A DNA stretch of 63,133 bases, filler included, from 8 parts of 8 records of this genome joined end to end with filler, not necessarily neighbours in it, one strand, 5' to 3'; numbered from the whole stretch's first letter, positions 1-11,546 are shown. Numbers and translations are program-made. The notes: a model not told the origin generated them from the letters alone.

Positions 1-533
1 AATCATCATTTGCATAATTCCAATTGTGCCTGCACCAAAAATCAATACGTCTTTACCAAGTTTGATCGGCACCTTATTATGAGAACTAATTACACAGGCT
101 AAAGGCTCTGCTAAAGACATTTCCACTAAATCTACATCATCCGCTACTTTAAATACACTCGCTTCTGGAATACTTACATACTCAGCAAATCCCCCATCTC
201 TTGTATTACCAATACATTTTAAATTTTCGCAGTGTATTTGTTGATTTCTTTTGCAGTAATAACAGCCTTCGCAAAAATATTAGGATCAATGACAACTTTA
301 TCTCCTTTTTTGTATGCGAGTACATCTTCGCTTACACTTTCAACGATTCCAGATAGTTCGTGACCAGGAACCACTGGATAATCTGTCGGATGTTCTCCTT
401 TATAAGTATGAATATCTGTTCCACAGAAACCTGCAGCTGCAACTTTCACAAGGATTTCACCTTGCTTTAAAGTTGGTATTTCTAACTCATTTGTCTTCGC
501 ATTGAAAGGACTAATAAACTGAAACGCTTTCAC
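1..533 (-). CDS. Zn-dependent alcohol/polyol dehydrogenase (MDR family); 3' end off-window; apparent 1-nt homopolymer frameshift near 273-277
   Basis: GFCGTD and GHE motifs. Adding one T restores DPNIFCEGCYYCKRNQQIHC (structural Zn site), followed by DGGFAEY, EPLAC and GAGTIG. GTG start with AAGGAG RBS. Confidence 0.88.
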
Positions 534-571
534 TTCTAATCAACTCCTTTAGATATTAACCAATTATAGGC

Positions 572-1562
572 TTAAGCTAATTTTTTCTTAACTACCCTAC
601 TTTTATTATTTTTACTTCTAATTGCGCGTATAGCATCAACTGATACAGCAAGGAATAGCACAGAACCTTGTATAAATGTTTGCCAATAAGCAGAAACATT
701 CAATAGATCCAACGAGTTTTGCAACAATCCCATGATAAATACCCCTAGGAAAGTTCCAAACAATTTCCCCTTACCACCAACCGTAACACTTGCTCCACCA
801 AGTACACAAGCCGTTATTGTTTGCATATCTAAACCTTTAGATATAGATACAGCAACAGAATTCATTCTTCCTACAACAACTATACCTGCCATTGAGCAAA
901 GCACTGCCGCTAAGATGTAGACAGATATGATTACTTTATCATTATTAACTCCTGCAACTTTTGTTGCCATAGGGTTTCCACCAACAGCATAAATATTTCT
1001 TCCCATCCTAGTCTTGTGTAAGAAAATGCCAAACACTATAAACAACAGCATAGTCCACCAAACTGCCATAGGTAGTCCAAGCTGTTCACTTGCACCGATT
1101 GATAAGAACCCTTCTGGAAAACCACTAAGTGGTGCACCTTGCGCAAGTCCTAAATGTAATCCACGAGTAATTTGCTCCATTGCCAATGTAGCAATCAACG
1201 GTGGAATTCCTAGTTTCGTTACAGCTAAACCGTTAATCGTACCAATTATAACCCCAACTATCATTATAAAAATCACTGCAACCGGCCACGGCACACCTGC
1301 AAGCATTGTCATCGCACCAATATATGAAGAAATAGCAACAGTCCCTCCAACCGAAAGATTAATACCTCCTGTTAGAATAACCATCGTCATCCCTATAGAC
1401 ACAATACCATAAGTACTTACATACTGAATAATATTTGTTAAATTAGACACTTTTAAAAAATATGGTGACAATATTGACATTAGAATGAAAATTCCTATGA
1501 CAATATATATTAATACCATCTGTTCTGAAAACTTTTGCAAAACTCTTTTTTATTTTTTCCAC
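572..1562 (-). CDS. Monosaccharide ABC transporter permease (RbsC-like)
   Basis: Hydrophobic; GMTMVILTGGINLSVG and GRNIYAVGGNP motifs. True start is probably GTG at 1562 with a homopolymer indel (ORF track starts at 1540). Confidence 0.9.
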
Positions 1563-1608
1563 AATGTATACCTCTTCTTATAAATTCTCAAATAATAAAA
1601 ACCTTATT

Positions 1609-3092
1609 CTACGTAATCATCTCAAGCAGTCTAGACTTATTTAATTCATCCGTACTAACTATCGCTTTGATTTCTCCTGTTTTTAATATTGCTATTTCAT
1701 CACATATTGCAAGCAATTCTTCTAACTCAGAAGAAAAAATTATGATTCCTACTCCACTCTCAGCCATACTTTTCAGAGTTTTATATATTTCTTCTTTAGC
1801 ATAGACGTCAACACCTCTTGTTGGCTCATCTAACAGAAATACTTTTGGTTCAGTTGCAACGCATCTTCCAATAACCACTTTTTGCTGATTCCCACCACTA
1901 AGACTTGCCACATTTTGCTCTATAGAGCTTTTTTTAACCAGCATTTCATCAGCTAGCTTTTCGGCTAATTCTTTTTGTTTTATATCATTAACAAAGCCAA
2001 TTTTCCCACATAAATTTAAAAGAACAGACATCGTTATATTCTCACATATAGATAGTAAAGGTGCAAAACCTTCTAACTTCCTATCTTCTGTAACAATTGC
2101 TACTTTGTTTTGCATCATTTTTATAGTTGATACTTTTTTTATTTCTTTCCCACCTACAAATACTTTTCCAGAATCATACTTGTCTAATCCGTACACTGCC
2201 CTAGCAATTTCAGTCTTTCCAGCCCCAAGTAACCCGCAGACTCCTAATATTTTTCCTTCTTGTAAAGAAACATTTATATTGTTGAATTTACCATAGCTAG
2301 ATAGTGATTGGATGTCTAACACGACTTTGCCAAATTTTTTATCATCATCCTTAAGCGATGATTTATCGCCAATGTTTTTCCCCATCATAGCGTATATTAA
2401 TTCGTTTTTAGTAATGGTTTTTGCATCAAATATACCATTATTTACGCCATCTTTTATTACAGTAACCCTGTCACTTAGTTGTATTATATCTTCTAAAAAA
2501 TGAGAAATAAATACAAACGAAACACCTTCATTTTTCAATTTATTTAACAAATCAAAAATGTTTTTTTCGTTTTCACTCAAAGAAGATGTAGGTTCATCTA
2601 AAACCAATATTCTAGACTTCATAGTCAACGCTTTTAAGATTTCGATTATTTGTTTTTCCGCTGCTCTTAAGTTCTTCACTAAAGAAGTTGCTTTGATATC
2701 AACTTGCACCTTATTAATAAGTTCTTGAGCTTTTTTATCGTCTTCTTTTCGCTGTAAAATCCCACTTTTGATTTTTCTAGATTCCCAACTAATATATTTT
2801 CTGCAACTGTTAACTCTGGACATACATTCAATTCTTGATGTACAAACTTAATACCAAGTTTCTCTGCATCCTGTGGAGTTTTTATAGTTACCTTTTTTTC
2901 ATCAATATAAATATCTCCTCTATCATAATGATAAATACCATTAAGTATCTTAATCAAAGTAGATTTTCCTGCGCCATTTACTCCAACTAAAGAATGAACT
3001 TCACCTTTTTTCAGTGTAAAATCTACTCCATCTAAAACAATATTATCACTAAAGGATTTTTTTATCTTTTCCATTCTTAATATAGTTTCCAT
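1609..3092 (-). CDS. Monosaccharide ABC transporter ATP-binding protein (RbsA-like, two NBDs), split by a frameshift near 2731-2737
   Basis: GVNGAGKST in ORF 2679..3128; LDEPT, LSGGNQQK and DEPTRGVDV in ORF 1609..2823. One extra A joins the two. Confidence 0.9.
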
Positions 3093-3110
3093 AATCTCCT
3101 CTTTCAGTAT

Positions 3111-3136
3111 AAAGGGTTGTGATAACACAACCCTTT
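3111..3136 (-). terminator. Stem-loop after the SBP gene (stabiliser or partial terminator)
   Basis: AAAGGGTTGTG-ataa-CACAACCCTTT, an 11-bp perfect stem. Confidence 0.6.
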
Positions 3137-3155
3137 ATAATAATGCACTTTTTAA

Positions 3156-4187
3156 CTATCTGATTATGTCTCCCCATAGAGCGCCTTCATCTTTTAACTC
3201 TTGCAAGTTATCGATTGTAACAACGTCACCATAGTAATATACTGTTTCTTCTTGTTCTTCACCATCAAATTCAGCTTTCATTGCTTTAACAACGTCTCTA
3301 CCAAATTGAATTGGGAATTGTGAGAATACGCCATCAACAGTTCCAGCTTCGATCATATCAAGAACTTCGCCAGCGCCATCAACAGAATATAAACCGATAT
3401 GATTTTCTTCTCCAACTAAACCAGTATACCCAGCTTCTTGCAATGCTGCAAGTGCACCTGGAACTAGAGCGTCAGTAATCATGAATATTGCATCGATATC
3501 AGGATTTGATTGCAAGTAGTTTTTAACAGTAGACATTGCAGCCTCATTACTGTATTCTCCTGCTGAAGGATTTCCAACTACTTCTATTCCTGGATATTGG
3601 GCAAATACAGACTGTGCACCATCATGTCTATCTATAGAAGGTGAATCTGATAGTACTCCTTGAACGATAAGAACTTTGATGTTTTCACCATAATCTGCGA
3701 TCAAACGTTTAGCCATTTCTTCACCAGCATATACATTATCAGTTTCTAATGTAGATGTGACGTCTCCTTCACCACGTCTATCAATACAAAATACTGGAAC
3801 GCCTGCGTCATTAATTTTTGTAATTGTAGGTCCAATAGAATCTTTTTCGATAGGTGAAATACTAATAGCATCAATACCTTGTGTTACTTGATTCAAAAGT
3901 TGACTAACTTGAAGTTCAGTATCTCCATTAGGATCAAGTGTAACAGCTTCCCATCCATACTCTTCACATTGTGCTTCAAATCCGTAGATACAAGCTGCCC
4001 AGAATGTTGAGAACATTGAAGGAATAGAATATGCAACTTTGATTGTTTCATCTTCAACCACTACTTCCGCTTCAACTTCCGTAGATTTAGCTTCTTCGCT
4101 TGCTGGCTCACTTGCTGGTTGACCCGCACATGCTGAAAGCAACATTACTAGTACCATCATTAATACAACTAATACTCTTTTTTTCAT
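3156..4187 (-). CDS. Sugar ABC substrate-binding lipoprotein (RbsB/Peripla_BP_4-like)
   Basis: Lipobox LSAC; GIDAISISP, VPVFCID and TDNVYAG motifs. Confidence 0.9.
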   Translation of the reverse strand: MKKRVLVVLMMVLVMLLSACAGQPASEPASEEAKSTEVEAEVVVEDETIKVAYSIPSMFSTFWAACIYGFEAQCEEYGWEAVTLDPNGDTELQVSQLLNQVTQGIDAISISPIEKDSIGPTITKINDAGVPVFCIDRRGEGDVTSTLETDNVYAGEEMAKRLIADYGENIKVLIVQGVLSDSPSIDRHDGAQSVFAQYPGIEVVGNPSAGEYSNEAAMSTVKNYLQSNPDIDAIFMITDALVPGALAALQEAGYTGLVGEENHIGLYSVDGAGEVLDMIEAGTVDGVFSQFPIQFGRDVVKAMKAEFDGEEQEETVYYYGDVVTIDNLQELKDEGALWGDIIR

Positions 4188-4229
4188 TTTTAGTCTCCTA
4201 TAATATTATTTTATTTGGTTACCCAAAAC

Positions 4230-4871
4230 TTAATTTAATTTTTTTATACAAAAGTCCATAAAGGTCTCAATCAACATAGCCATAGAAACTGCACCTGGAT
4301 CAAGATGTCCAACACCCTTATCAATCCTATAACACGCTCTTCCTCTTACTGCCTCCATATATTTGGTATCTTGCGCACCATCCAGAGCAGCATTTTTCAT
4401 AAGGGTCAAAGCTTCTACTTCTGAAATCCCTTCAGTTTCATTCATGATTTCTGTCACCGGATAAATTGCATCAATCATGGTCTTTTGCCCCGGTATGACT
4501 TCACCACGTTTCATGATTGCATCTAACATAGCCTGATACATTAACACAATGTCATCTAATCCCATATATTCTTTGTCTGACATCTCTTTTGCAACTGCAA
4601 TATACGCACTACCTAGCAATACTCCCGAAGATCCTCCAACAGTAGCCATCAAAGTCATTGCAATCTTTTTAAACATGTCTTTTACACTTAGTTTCTCAAG
4701 TTCATCAGAAATTAGCACTAGTTTTTTATATCCCGAATTTATATTCGTCCAATGATCACCATCTCCTGTAGCTGCATCCAAAGCCGTTAAATATTCCCCT
4801 TGAGATGCTATCATCTTTTGAGCACATATAATATAATCAACATAATCATTACTTGAAAGTTTCAAACTCAT
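4230..4871 (-). CDS. dhaL: Dihydroxyacetone kinase subunit L (DAK2)
   Basis: LDAATGDGDH, GGSSG, GQKTMIDA, GRA and DPGA motifs. Confidence 0.92.
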   Translation of the reverse strand: MSLKLSSNDYVDYIICAQKMIASQGEYLTALDAATGDGDHWTNINSGYKKLVLISDELEKLSVKDMFKKIAMTLMATVGGSSGVLLGSAYIAVAKEMSDKEYMGLDDIVLMYQAMLDAIMKRGEVIPGQKTMIDAIYPVTEIMNETEGISEVEALTLMKNAALDGAQDTKYMEAVRGRACYRIDKGVGHLDPGAVSMAMLIETFMDFCIKKLN

Positions 4872-4872
4872 A

Positions 4873-5871
4873 TTAGAGCCCTCCTTTAAATGCAGGTGTA
4901 TCTACAGGTGCATCTAATAACTGTTTTAACTCCTCGTCTAGCTTCATAATTGAAACAGAAGCGCCCGCCATATCGATAGCTGTCATATAATTTCCAACAT
5001 AAGTTTTATAAACATTGATACCTTTACTTCTTAACAAATCATCCACTTCATTATTAAGTACATAAAGCTCCATTAACGGTGTAGCTCCATATCCATTAAT
5101 CATCAATACGATATCAGAATCAATTCCACCATCTTTTTCAAAATCATCGATGATTTTTGTAAGCAACACTTCTGCAAGCTCTTTAGCAGTCATCATTTCA
5201 CATCTTTTAACGCCAGGCTCTCCATGTATACCCATTCCAATTTCAATTTCGTTTTCTGCCAATGTAAATCCTGGCTTTCCTATTGCTGGTATTGTACAAG
5301 ATGATAAAGCCATGCCCATACTTCGCACAGAATTAATCGCCTTTATCCCTACTGCTTTTACTTCACTAAGCGAAGCACCCATTTCTGCTTTTGCACCACA
5401 TACTTTATGCACTAATACTGTGCCCGCCACGCCTCTTCTACCCGTCGAATGTGTACTATCTTCGACAGCTACATCGTCTCTTACAACAACATAGTCTACT
5501 TCTATATCTTCCATTTCAGCTATTTCTTGTGCCATAGTAAAATTCATATAGTCACCTGAATAGTTCTTTATGATCATAAGCACACCGTGTCCGTTATCTG
5601 CTTGTTTAATTCCTTCTAAAATCCTCTCTGGGTCTGGAGAAGAAAAAACATTTCCTGACACTGCTGCATCCAACATTCCTTTACCAACATATCCAGCATG
5701 CGCTGGTTCATGTCCGCTTCCACCGCCAGAAACCAATCCAACTTTTTGTGCCTTATCATTTCTAGCTATTACTCCAAGCCCTTCTATATACTTTAGCTGT
5801 GGATTTGATTTAACCACACCCTTCAACATATCTTCCACTAACGTCTCTGGAGTATTAATTATCTTTTTCAT
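4873..5871 (-). CDS. dhaK: Dihydroxyacetone kinase subunit K (DAK1)
   Basis: SGGGSGHEP, KNYSGD, GRRGVAG and GMGIHGEPG motifs. Confidence 0.95.
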   Translation of the reverse strand: MKKIINTPETLVEDMLKGVVKSNPQLKYIEGLGVIARNDKAQKVGLVSGGGSGHEPAHAGYVGKGMLDAAVSGNVFSSPDPERILEGIKQADNGHGVLMIIKNYSGDYMNFTMAQEIAEMEDIEVDYVVVRDDVAVEDSTHSTGRRGVAGTVLVHKVCGAKAEMGASLSEVKAVGIKAINSVRSMGMALSSCTIPAIGKPGFTLAENEIEIGMGIHGEPGVKRCEMMTAKELAEVLLTKIIDDFEKDGGIDSDIVLMINGYGATPLMELYVLNNEVDDLLRSKGINVYKTYVGNYMTAIDMAGASVSIMKLDEELKQLLDAPVDTPAFKGGL

Positions 5872-5900
5872 ATAACCTCCTATACAACAAGAACTAGTTT

Positions 5901-6767
5901 TTATTTATTTTGCAAAAGTTCTATCATATCTTTTGCTTTTTCTTTCATCACTTCTCTTGCAATGTGTGCAATCTCATGATAATAAATTGGATCATTTGTA
6001 CCTTTAATTTTTTCATCAATAAAAGCAGTAGGTGCAATACCCATTCCAGTATAATAATTCACCTTTCTCATTCCACCATCAATAGCTTTCTTTACTTGTG
6101 CCGAATCAACACCTGTACCACCATGCATTACCAAAGCACAATCAGTCACTGAATCAATTTCTTTTAACAATTCGATATCCAAGTCTGGCTCTTCAACAAA
6201 CAAACCATGTACTGTACCAAATGATGTTGCAAGCATATCGATACCTGTTTCTTTAACAAACCTTGAAGCTTCTTCGGGTTTAGTATAAAAATCTTTTATG
6301 TTCTCGATTGCCACACCATATTCAGTACATCCACCTTGACCCACTATATTTGATGGCATTTGACCAACTTCGGCCTCAACGATAATCCCCATCGAATGTG
6401 CAATTTCTACAAACCCTTTAACATTTCTAGCATTCTCTTCATATGGAAGGTGTGCGCAATCATACATTATAGATGTAAATCCATTTCTAACTGCTCTTAT
6501 TACATAGTTATAATCCACACCATGGTCCAAATGTACAATAACAGGCACTTTTGCTTTATGTGCAAAATCCACGAATATTGGTCCAAATATATCTATGGGT
6601 GCAAACGATTCATGTGATTGAGCATGACTTATCATAATTGGAGCGTCTAATTCTTCTGCTGCTTCTATCATACCGATAACTGATTCTATTGTTGTTGCGT
6701 TAATGCCCGCAATTGCATAATTGTTCTTCTCAGCATCTAGTAGTATTTCCTTAGGATTTGCTAACAT
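5901..6767 (-). CDS. Class II ketose-bisphosphate aldolase
   Basis: HLDHG, VEAEVG, GTVHG and LVMHGGTG motifs. Confidence 0.92.
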   Translation of the reverse strand: MLANPKEILLDAEKNNYAIAGINATTIESVIGMIEAAEELDAPIMISHAQSHESFAPIDIFGPIFVDFAHKAKVPVIVHLDHGVDYNYVIRAVRNGFTSIMYDCAHLPYEENARNVKGFVEIAHSMGIIVEAEVGQMPSNIVGQGGCTEYGVAIENIKDFYTKPEEASRFVKETGIDMLATSFGTVHGLFVEEPDLDIELLKEIDSVTDCALVMHGGTGVDSAQVKKAIDGGMRKVNYYTGMGIAPTAFIDEKIKGTNDPIYYHEIAHIAREVMKEKAKDMIELLQNK

Positions 6768-6799
6768 ATTTTACCTCATCTTTAATTTTATTTATTTTA

Positions 6800-8284
6800 T
6801 TATTTAAAATCTCTCATCAATCTATAAAGCTTTTTGTATTTTTTATACATTGCCTCATATTTCTCATGCCTTTCTATATTTGGATAAAAAGTCTTTTCGA
6901 ATTTTACCAATTTACTGATAGCATCCTCGATTGTAGAATATTTACCTATAGCTACGCCTGTAAGTATTGCACACCCACATGCACCAGCTTCATTTTGCTT
7001 TAACACTTTAACTTCTTTGTTAAAAACATCTGCTCTCAATTGTGCATTAAAGTCAGAAGCTCCGCCACCTGTAATCCGTATATCTTTTGCATCTACACCT
7101 AAAGGTTCTAGCGTTTCATACGCAAGCAACATTTGATAAGCCATACTTTCCTTTAATGCACGATACATTTCAACCTTTGTTGTTTCCGTTGTCATGCCCC
7201 AAAACAATCCATACGCCTCATAATCAACATCAGGAATCCCAGATGATCCAAACTGAGGAAGGACGAGCAAATTCGTTGGCTCATTACCAGCCATTTTATC
7301 TAATTCTTCAAAAACATTTTTGTCTTCTTTCTCGCATGCTTTATGCATTTGGTCGTAAAATATATCCCTAAACCAATTCATTAAAACGCCGCAAGTTGTG
7401 AGAACTAAATATGTGAGATATGTGTTCTTAAAAACATAAGGTACACATGCAAGGTCATTTTCTATCATGTAATTATCTGCATTGAATTTTTCCAACATAA
7501 CCGACATGACTTCACATGTTCCTAACCCATCTTCAGCAAAATCTTTTGACGATACGCCAGCACCTAACGTTGCACAAACTTGATCATGTCCACCTACAAC
7601 AACTTTTGTTCTTCTATCCAAACCTAGTTCATCTGCTACATCTTGAGTTACAGTACCTATGATCGTTCCACTAGGCTTAGGCTCTGACATCTTGTTTACA
7701 CTTATCCCAACACACTCCAGCAACTCTTCAGACCATTTGTATTCTTTAACATCAAACGCCATTGTTCTTGATGCTGATGAGTAGCTAACTACTTTTTCAC
7801 CAGTTAACCTATATCCGATAAAATCTTCAAATAAAAAAAGACTTTCTGCTCTTTTAATAACATCTGTATTTTCATTAAGCCACAAAAGTTTTGGTAACGC
7901 ATACATCTCACTAGGTGGCAATCCCGTAATCTCAGTAATTTTCTCTCTACCAATTCTTTTAATCAAACGTGGTATCTCGTGTTTTCCGCGCACATCTCCT
8001 GTAACCATTGCATTATTAATACAATGCGAATTACTATCTAGTGCAACAACTGATTCTCCCATTGTTGCAATTGCAAACCCTTCAATTGGCTCTGTAGATT
8101 TCTCAGCAATTTCACGTATTGTTTCTTTTACTTTCATCCATACAACTTTGGGATCTAGTTCTCTTCTACCATCATTACCAAGCTCATTGTATTTCCTTTT
8201 TGCCGAGCAAATAATTTCGCCATCATCATTGAATAATACAAACTTACAACCACTTGTTCCTACATCCAATCCACCAAATGCCAT
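6800..8284 (-). CDS. FGGY-family carbohydrate kinase
   Basis: GLDVGTSGCK, GGHDQ and TGGGA motifs; probable start MAFGG at 8284. Confidence 0.9.
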   Translation of the reverse strand: MAFGGLDVGTSGCKFVLFNDDGEIICSAKRKYNELGNDGRRELDPKVVWMKVKETIREIAEKSTEPIEGFAIATMGESVVALDSNSHCINNAMVTGDVRGKHEIPRLIKRIGREKITEITGLPPSEMYALPKLLWLNENTDVIKRAESLFLFEDFIGYRLTGEKVVSYSSASRTMAFDVKEYKWSEELLECVGISVNKMSEPKPSGTIIGTVTQDVADELGLDRRTKVVVGGHDQVCATLGAGVSSKDFAEDGLGTCEVMSVMLEKFNADNYMIENDLACVPYVFKNTYLTYLVLTTCGVLMNWFRDIFYDQMHKACEKEDKNVFEELDKMAGNEPTNLLVLPQFGSSGIPDVDYEAYGLFWGMTTETTKVEMYRALKESMAYQMLLAYETLEPLGVDAKDIRITGGGASDFNAQLRADVFNKEVKVLKQNEAGACGCAILTGVAIGKYSTIEDAISKLVKFEKTFYPNIERHEKYEAMYKKYKKLYRLMRDFK

Positions 8285-8324
8285 ATCTTTCACCACTCTC
8301 ATTGTGATATTAACTATTTCTAAC

Positions 8325-8480
8325 TTAACCAAACATATTGTGTAACATTCTTGTATCATAATGTTTGTTTATGTTTGTTTTCAAGAACATAATATAACAT
8401 TATCAAACTTTTGTCAATATATATTTCAGCTTCTTCAAGTTTTCTAACATAATAAAACATATAATAACATATTTGTTGTA
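8325..8480. promoter_or_regulatory. Divergent promoter region with clustered AACAT/ATGTT repeats (candidate DeoR operator)
   Basis: About nine AACAT/ATGTT pentamers, several ~10 bp apart, between the kinase and the DeoR gene. Confidence 0.5.
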
Positions 8481-8544
8481 TTTACAAATGATTTGATGTA
8501 TAATCTTTTTACAATAGTGTAAAATTAAAACAACAGGAGCTACT

Positions 8545-9315
8545 ATGTTAAAAGAACAGCGTATTATAAAGATAAACGAAATGCTAAGAAGCTTAGGACA
8601 TGTTGAGATTAGTGAGTTATGCAAAACATTTAAAGTAACTGAAATGACAATAAGAAGAGATTTAGATGCTATTACTAGCGACAATCATAGGGTATTAAGG
8701 ATTCATGGTGGAGCTATGCTAGCAGACAACGATGCTTTAACCGAGATTCCATACGAGTCACGAATTTCTGCTAACATTAACCTTAAAGAAAAAGTTGCTT
8801 TAAAGGCATTAGAATATATTTCGGATGGACATACTGTTTTTTTTGATTCAGGTACAACAACACAAATTATGGCTGCTCACTTATCAAACTCTTCAAGGAT
8901 TGTTGCGTTAACCAATGCCATAAATTTGGCTTCAGAACTAATATCAAGACCACATGTGTCTGTAATTCTAATCGGTGGCGAACTCAGAAGAAACACTCTT
9001 TCTTGTAGAGGTCCTGTATCCGAAGAGACAATTGATAAATTCCGTATCGATATAGCTTTTTTAGGATTGAACGCTATCGATTCAAACGGTGACCTTTTTA
9101 TTGCCAGTACAACCGAAAGTGGATTCAAGAAAAAAATAATGGAAGTATCAGAAACAAAATTCATTGTAGCGGACTCTACCAAACTTGATAAAACGAGTTT
9201 TTGCAAATTTGGAAATGTTCGCGATATAGATGGTGTAATTGTTGACTCCTCCATTACTAATGAACAATATGAAAATTACATAGGGCTAGGCGCCACAATA
9301 ATAAAAACTGATTAA
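8545..9315 (+). CDS. DeoR/GlpR-family transcriptional regulator
   Basis: VTEMTIRRDL HTH; IHGGA, DSGTT and ADSTK motifs. Confidence 0.95.
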   Translation: MLKEQRIIKINEMLRSLGHVEISELCKTFKVTEMTIRRDLDAITSDNHRVLRIHGGAMLADNDALTEIPYESRISANINLKEKVALKALEYISDGHTVFFDSGTTTQIMAAHLSNSSRIVALTNAINLASELISRPHVSVILIGGELRRNTLSCRGPVSEETIDKFRIDIAFLGLNAIDSNGDLFIASTTESGFKKKIMEVSETKFIVADSTKLDKTSFCKFGNVRDIDGVIVDSSITNEQYENYIGLGATIIKTD

Positions 9316-9727
9316 GATAATTGTGGGTTCTATGCACTTTGCCTTTTCTTTTAATTACGAATTTAAGTATTAGTCAACCAAAATATGAACAAGCGGTCAG
9401 TTCAACCATTTGGCTACTAATCTTATACGACAATTATATTTAAATATTGGTTCCTTTATGTGACAGGTTGATTTTTCGACTACTAAACAACATACTTATT
9501 TTTGCCCTTTTATATTAAATAGCTGCAACTGCAAAAAACATGAAAACAAATACGCGACCTCGTATTAAGATCGCGTACATATCCACGCTTTTGCATGCGG
9601 CTCTTTTAGTTAAAAAGATACACAATATAATTTATATTTTATTATATATTTAAGTTACTTCTTAATAAGTTCTCTTCTCTCGTGCACTTATATAAGGTGT
9701 TCAAATAGACTTAATACGATTCCTTTT

Positions 9728-10121
9728 CTATCTCTTTTCTCTAAAATATGAATCACCTAATGATTTAGGAACATTTGCTCCATATTTTTTACTGTTTGAT
9801 AGAATAATTAAAATTAGTATTGTAAATAAATATGGTAAAGAAGCGAGCAAATATTGCGAAACAGGTATACTGATATAAAAACCAATAATACTTAAGCTTC
9901 CAAATAGATACGCCCCAAGTAAAGCCCTTTGTGGTTTCCAACTGGAAAACACTACGAGTGCAATAGCTATCCATCCTCTACTTGCTGTAATCCCCTCTTG
10001 CCATCCACCAACAATAACTGTTGATAAATAAGCCCCCGCAAGTCCACAGATTGCTCCACCTAACAGAACATTCATATACTTATATTTTTCTATGCTAATA
10101 CCTGCCGCATCAGCTGCGTTT
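9728..10121 (-). CDS. Nucleoside/sugar ABC permease (BMP-type), 5' truncated by the contig edge
   Basis: GLAGAYLS, RGWIAIALVVFSSWKP and LPYLFTI motifs; frame continues to the contig end. Confidence 0.85.
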
Positions 10122-10221
10122 NNNNNNNNNNNNNNNNNNNNNNNNNNNNNNNNNNNNNNNNNNNNTTAATTAATTAANNNNNNNNNNNNNNNNNNNNNNN
10201 NNNNNNNNNNNNNNNNNNNNN
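10122..10221. other. Artificial contig linker
   Basis: 44 N + TTAATTAATTAA (stops in six frames) + 44 N. Confidence 0.99.
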
Positions 10222-10387
10222 TCCGCAAAGAAGCGTATTTACTGTTATATGGTATATGTACGATTCAGCTTTTGGAACATCACTTAAGCTAGGCAAAGGT
10301 GCTGCCATAGCATACTTAGTGTTCGCTATTATTTTAGTTTTGATCATAGTAGTAAGACGAATACAAAAAAAGGAGAGTAAGAAATGA
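10222..10387 (+). CDS. C-terminal end of a carbohydrate ABC permease (MalF-like)
   Basis: Reads TVIWYMYDSAFGTSLKLGKGAAIAYLVFAII...; its stop overlaps the next ATG. Confidence 0.8.
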
Positions 10388-11208
10388 AAAAGAAAACAAT
10401 ACAAACCATATTAGTGACATTTCTTACTATTATAATAACGGTTTTTGCTGTATTGCCTTTTTATGTGATGATTATGATGTCGACTCATAATTCAATAGGA
10501 ATAGTAACTAAGAATGTTTTACTTCCAGGCAAGTACCTAATTCATAACTTAAAATTGCTAATTGCATCAAAGCAATGGATTTTTTATGGCAACAGTTTAT
10601 TTATATCTGTAACGGCTACAGTATTATCAGTTATTGTTTGTTCTTTAACAGGATATGGATTATCGAAGCATAATTTTAAGGGTAAAAATGCACTGATTAC
10701 TGTAATTTTAATGACAATGATGTTGCCAGCCCAGTTAAGCTTGATAGGGTATGTAAAGCAAATGGCTATGATAGGGCTTATTGGTAGCTTTGCTCCTTTG
10801 ATAATAATATTCATTGCGAATCCATTTGCAGCATATTGGATGAAAACCTACATAGACAGTAGTGTACCAAACGAAATATTGGAAAGTGCTCGTATAGATG
10901 GAGCTTCGGAATTTAGGATTTATTATAAAATCGTAATACCGTTTATTTCATCTGCATTGATTACTGTTGCTATGCTGGTATTCCTGGGCTCGTGGAATAT
11001 GTACTTGCTGCCATTACTTACGCTGAATGATGCTGCAAAGTATACTATCCCGTTGGGAATAAACTATTTAGACCCAAATGAGAACACAATTGATTTTGGT
11101 TCTAGAGCAACGGCATTAGCAGCATCAACCATTCCATTGTTAATAATATTCGCAATAGGTTCTAAGTATTTCATAAGAGGTCTAACAAGCGGCGGAATTA
11201 AGGGATAA
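10384..11208 (+). CDS. Carbohydrate ABC permease (MalG-like)
   Basis: ESARIDGASEFRIYYKIVIP EAA loop; ends GLTSGGIKG. Confidence 0.93.
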   Translation: MKKKTIQTILVTFLTIIITVFAVLPFYVMIMMSTHNSIGIVTKNVLLPGKYLIHNLKLLIASKQWIFYGNSLFISVTATVLSVIVCSLTGYGLSKHNFKGKNALITVILMTMMLPAQLSLIGYVKQMAMIGLIGSFAPLIIIFIANPFAAYWMKTYIDSSVPNEILESARIDGASEFRIYYKIVIPFISSALITVAMLVFLGSWNMYLLPLLTLNDAAKYTIPLGINYLDPNENTIDFGSRATALAASTIPLLIIFAIGSKYFIRGLTSGGIKG

Positions 11209-11546
11209 TCAATTTTTAACATAAATTATGAATAACTGTAAGTATGCAACCGCTTTTGTGTTTGCATACGTGTATTTTCAAATATCAAGTTTAATTATAA
11301 TATAAAGACAGCAGTGCTTGTGGGTAGATTTGGTATTGTATCATGAAATGCTTATAATTTTTTCATATTTCTTACAAGTAAACTGTTATAGCAAATAATA
11401 GCCTTGTATTGCTAATGTTATGAAGCTTTGCAAGTTAAATTTTAGCATAATTGTATTTAAATTTATAATAATTAGTAGATTTTTAAGATGTTGGTGTGGT
11501 AAAAGTGGTAATGGAATAGACAGATGAAAGCAAGAGAAAGGATATT

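Noticed and set aside
732-1412. Antisense ORFs over membrane-protein genes, here and throughout the track
   Set aside because: They are shadow frames of well-supported genes, without RBS or motifs
2679-2823. Programmed frameshifting or pseudogenes in the split ABC ATPase and similar genes
   Set aside because: The same one-base homopolymer pattern occurs in several unrelated contigs, which favours sequencing error
10166-10177. TTAATTAATTAA repeated seven times as a possible repeat array or att site
   Set aside because: Always centred in N-runs of identical length; it is a synthetic six-frame stop linker
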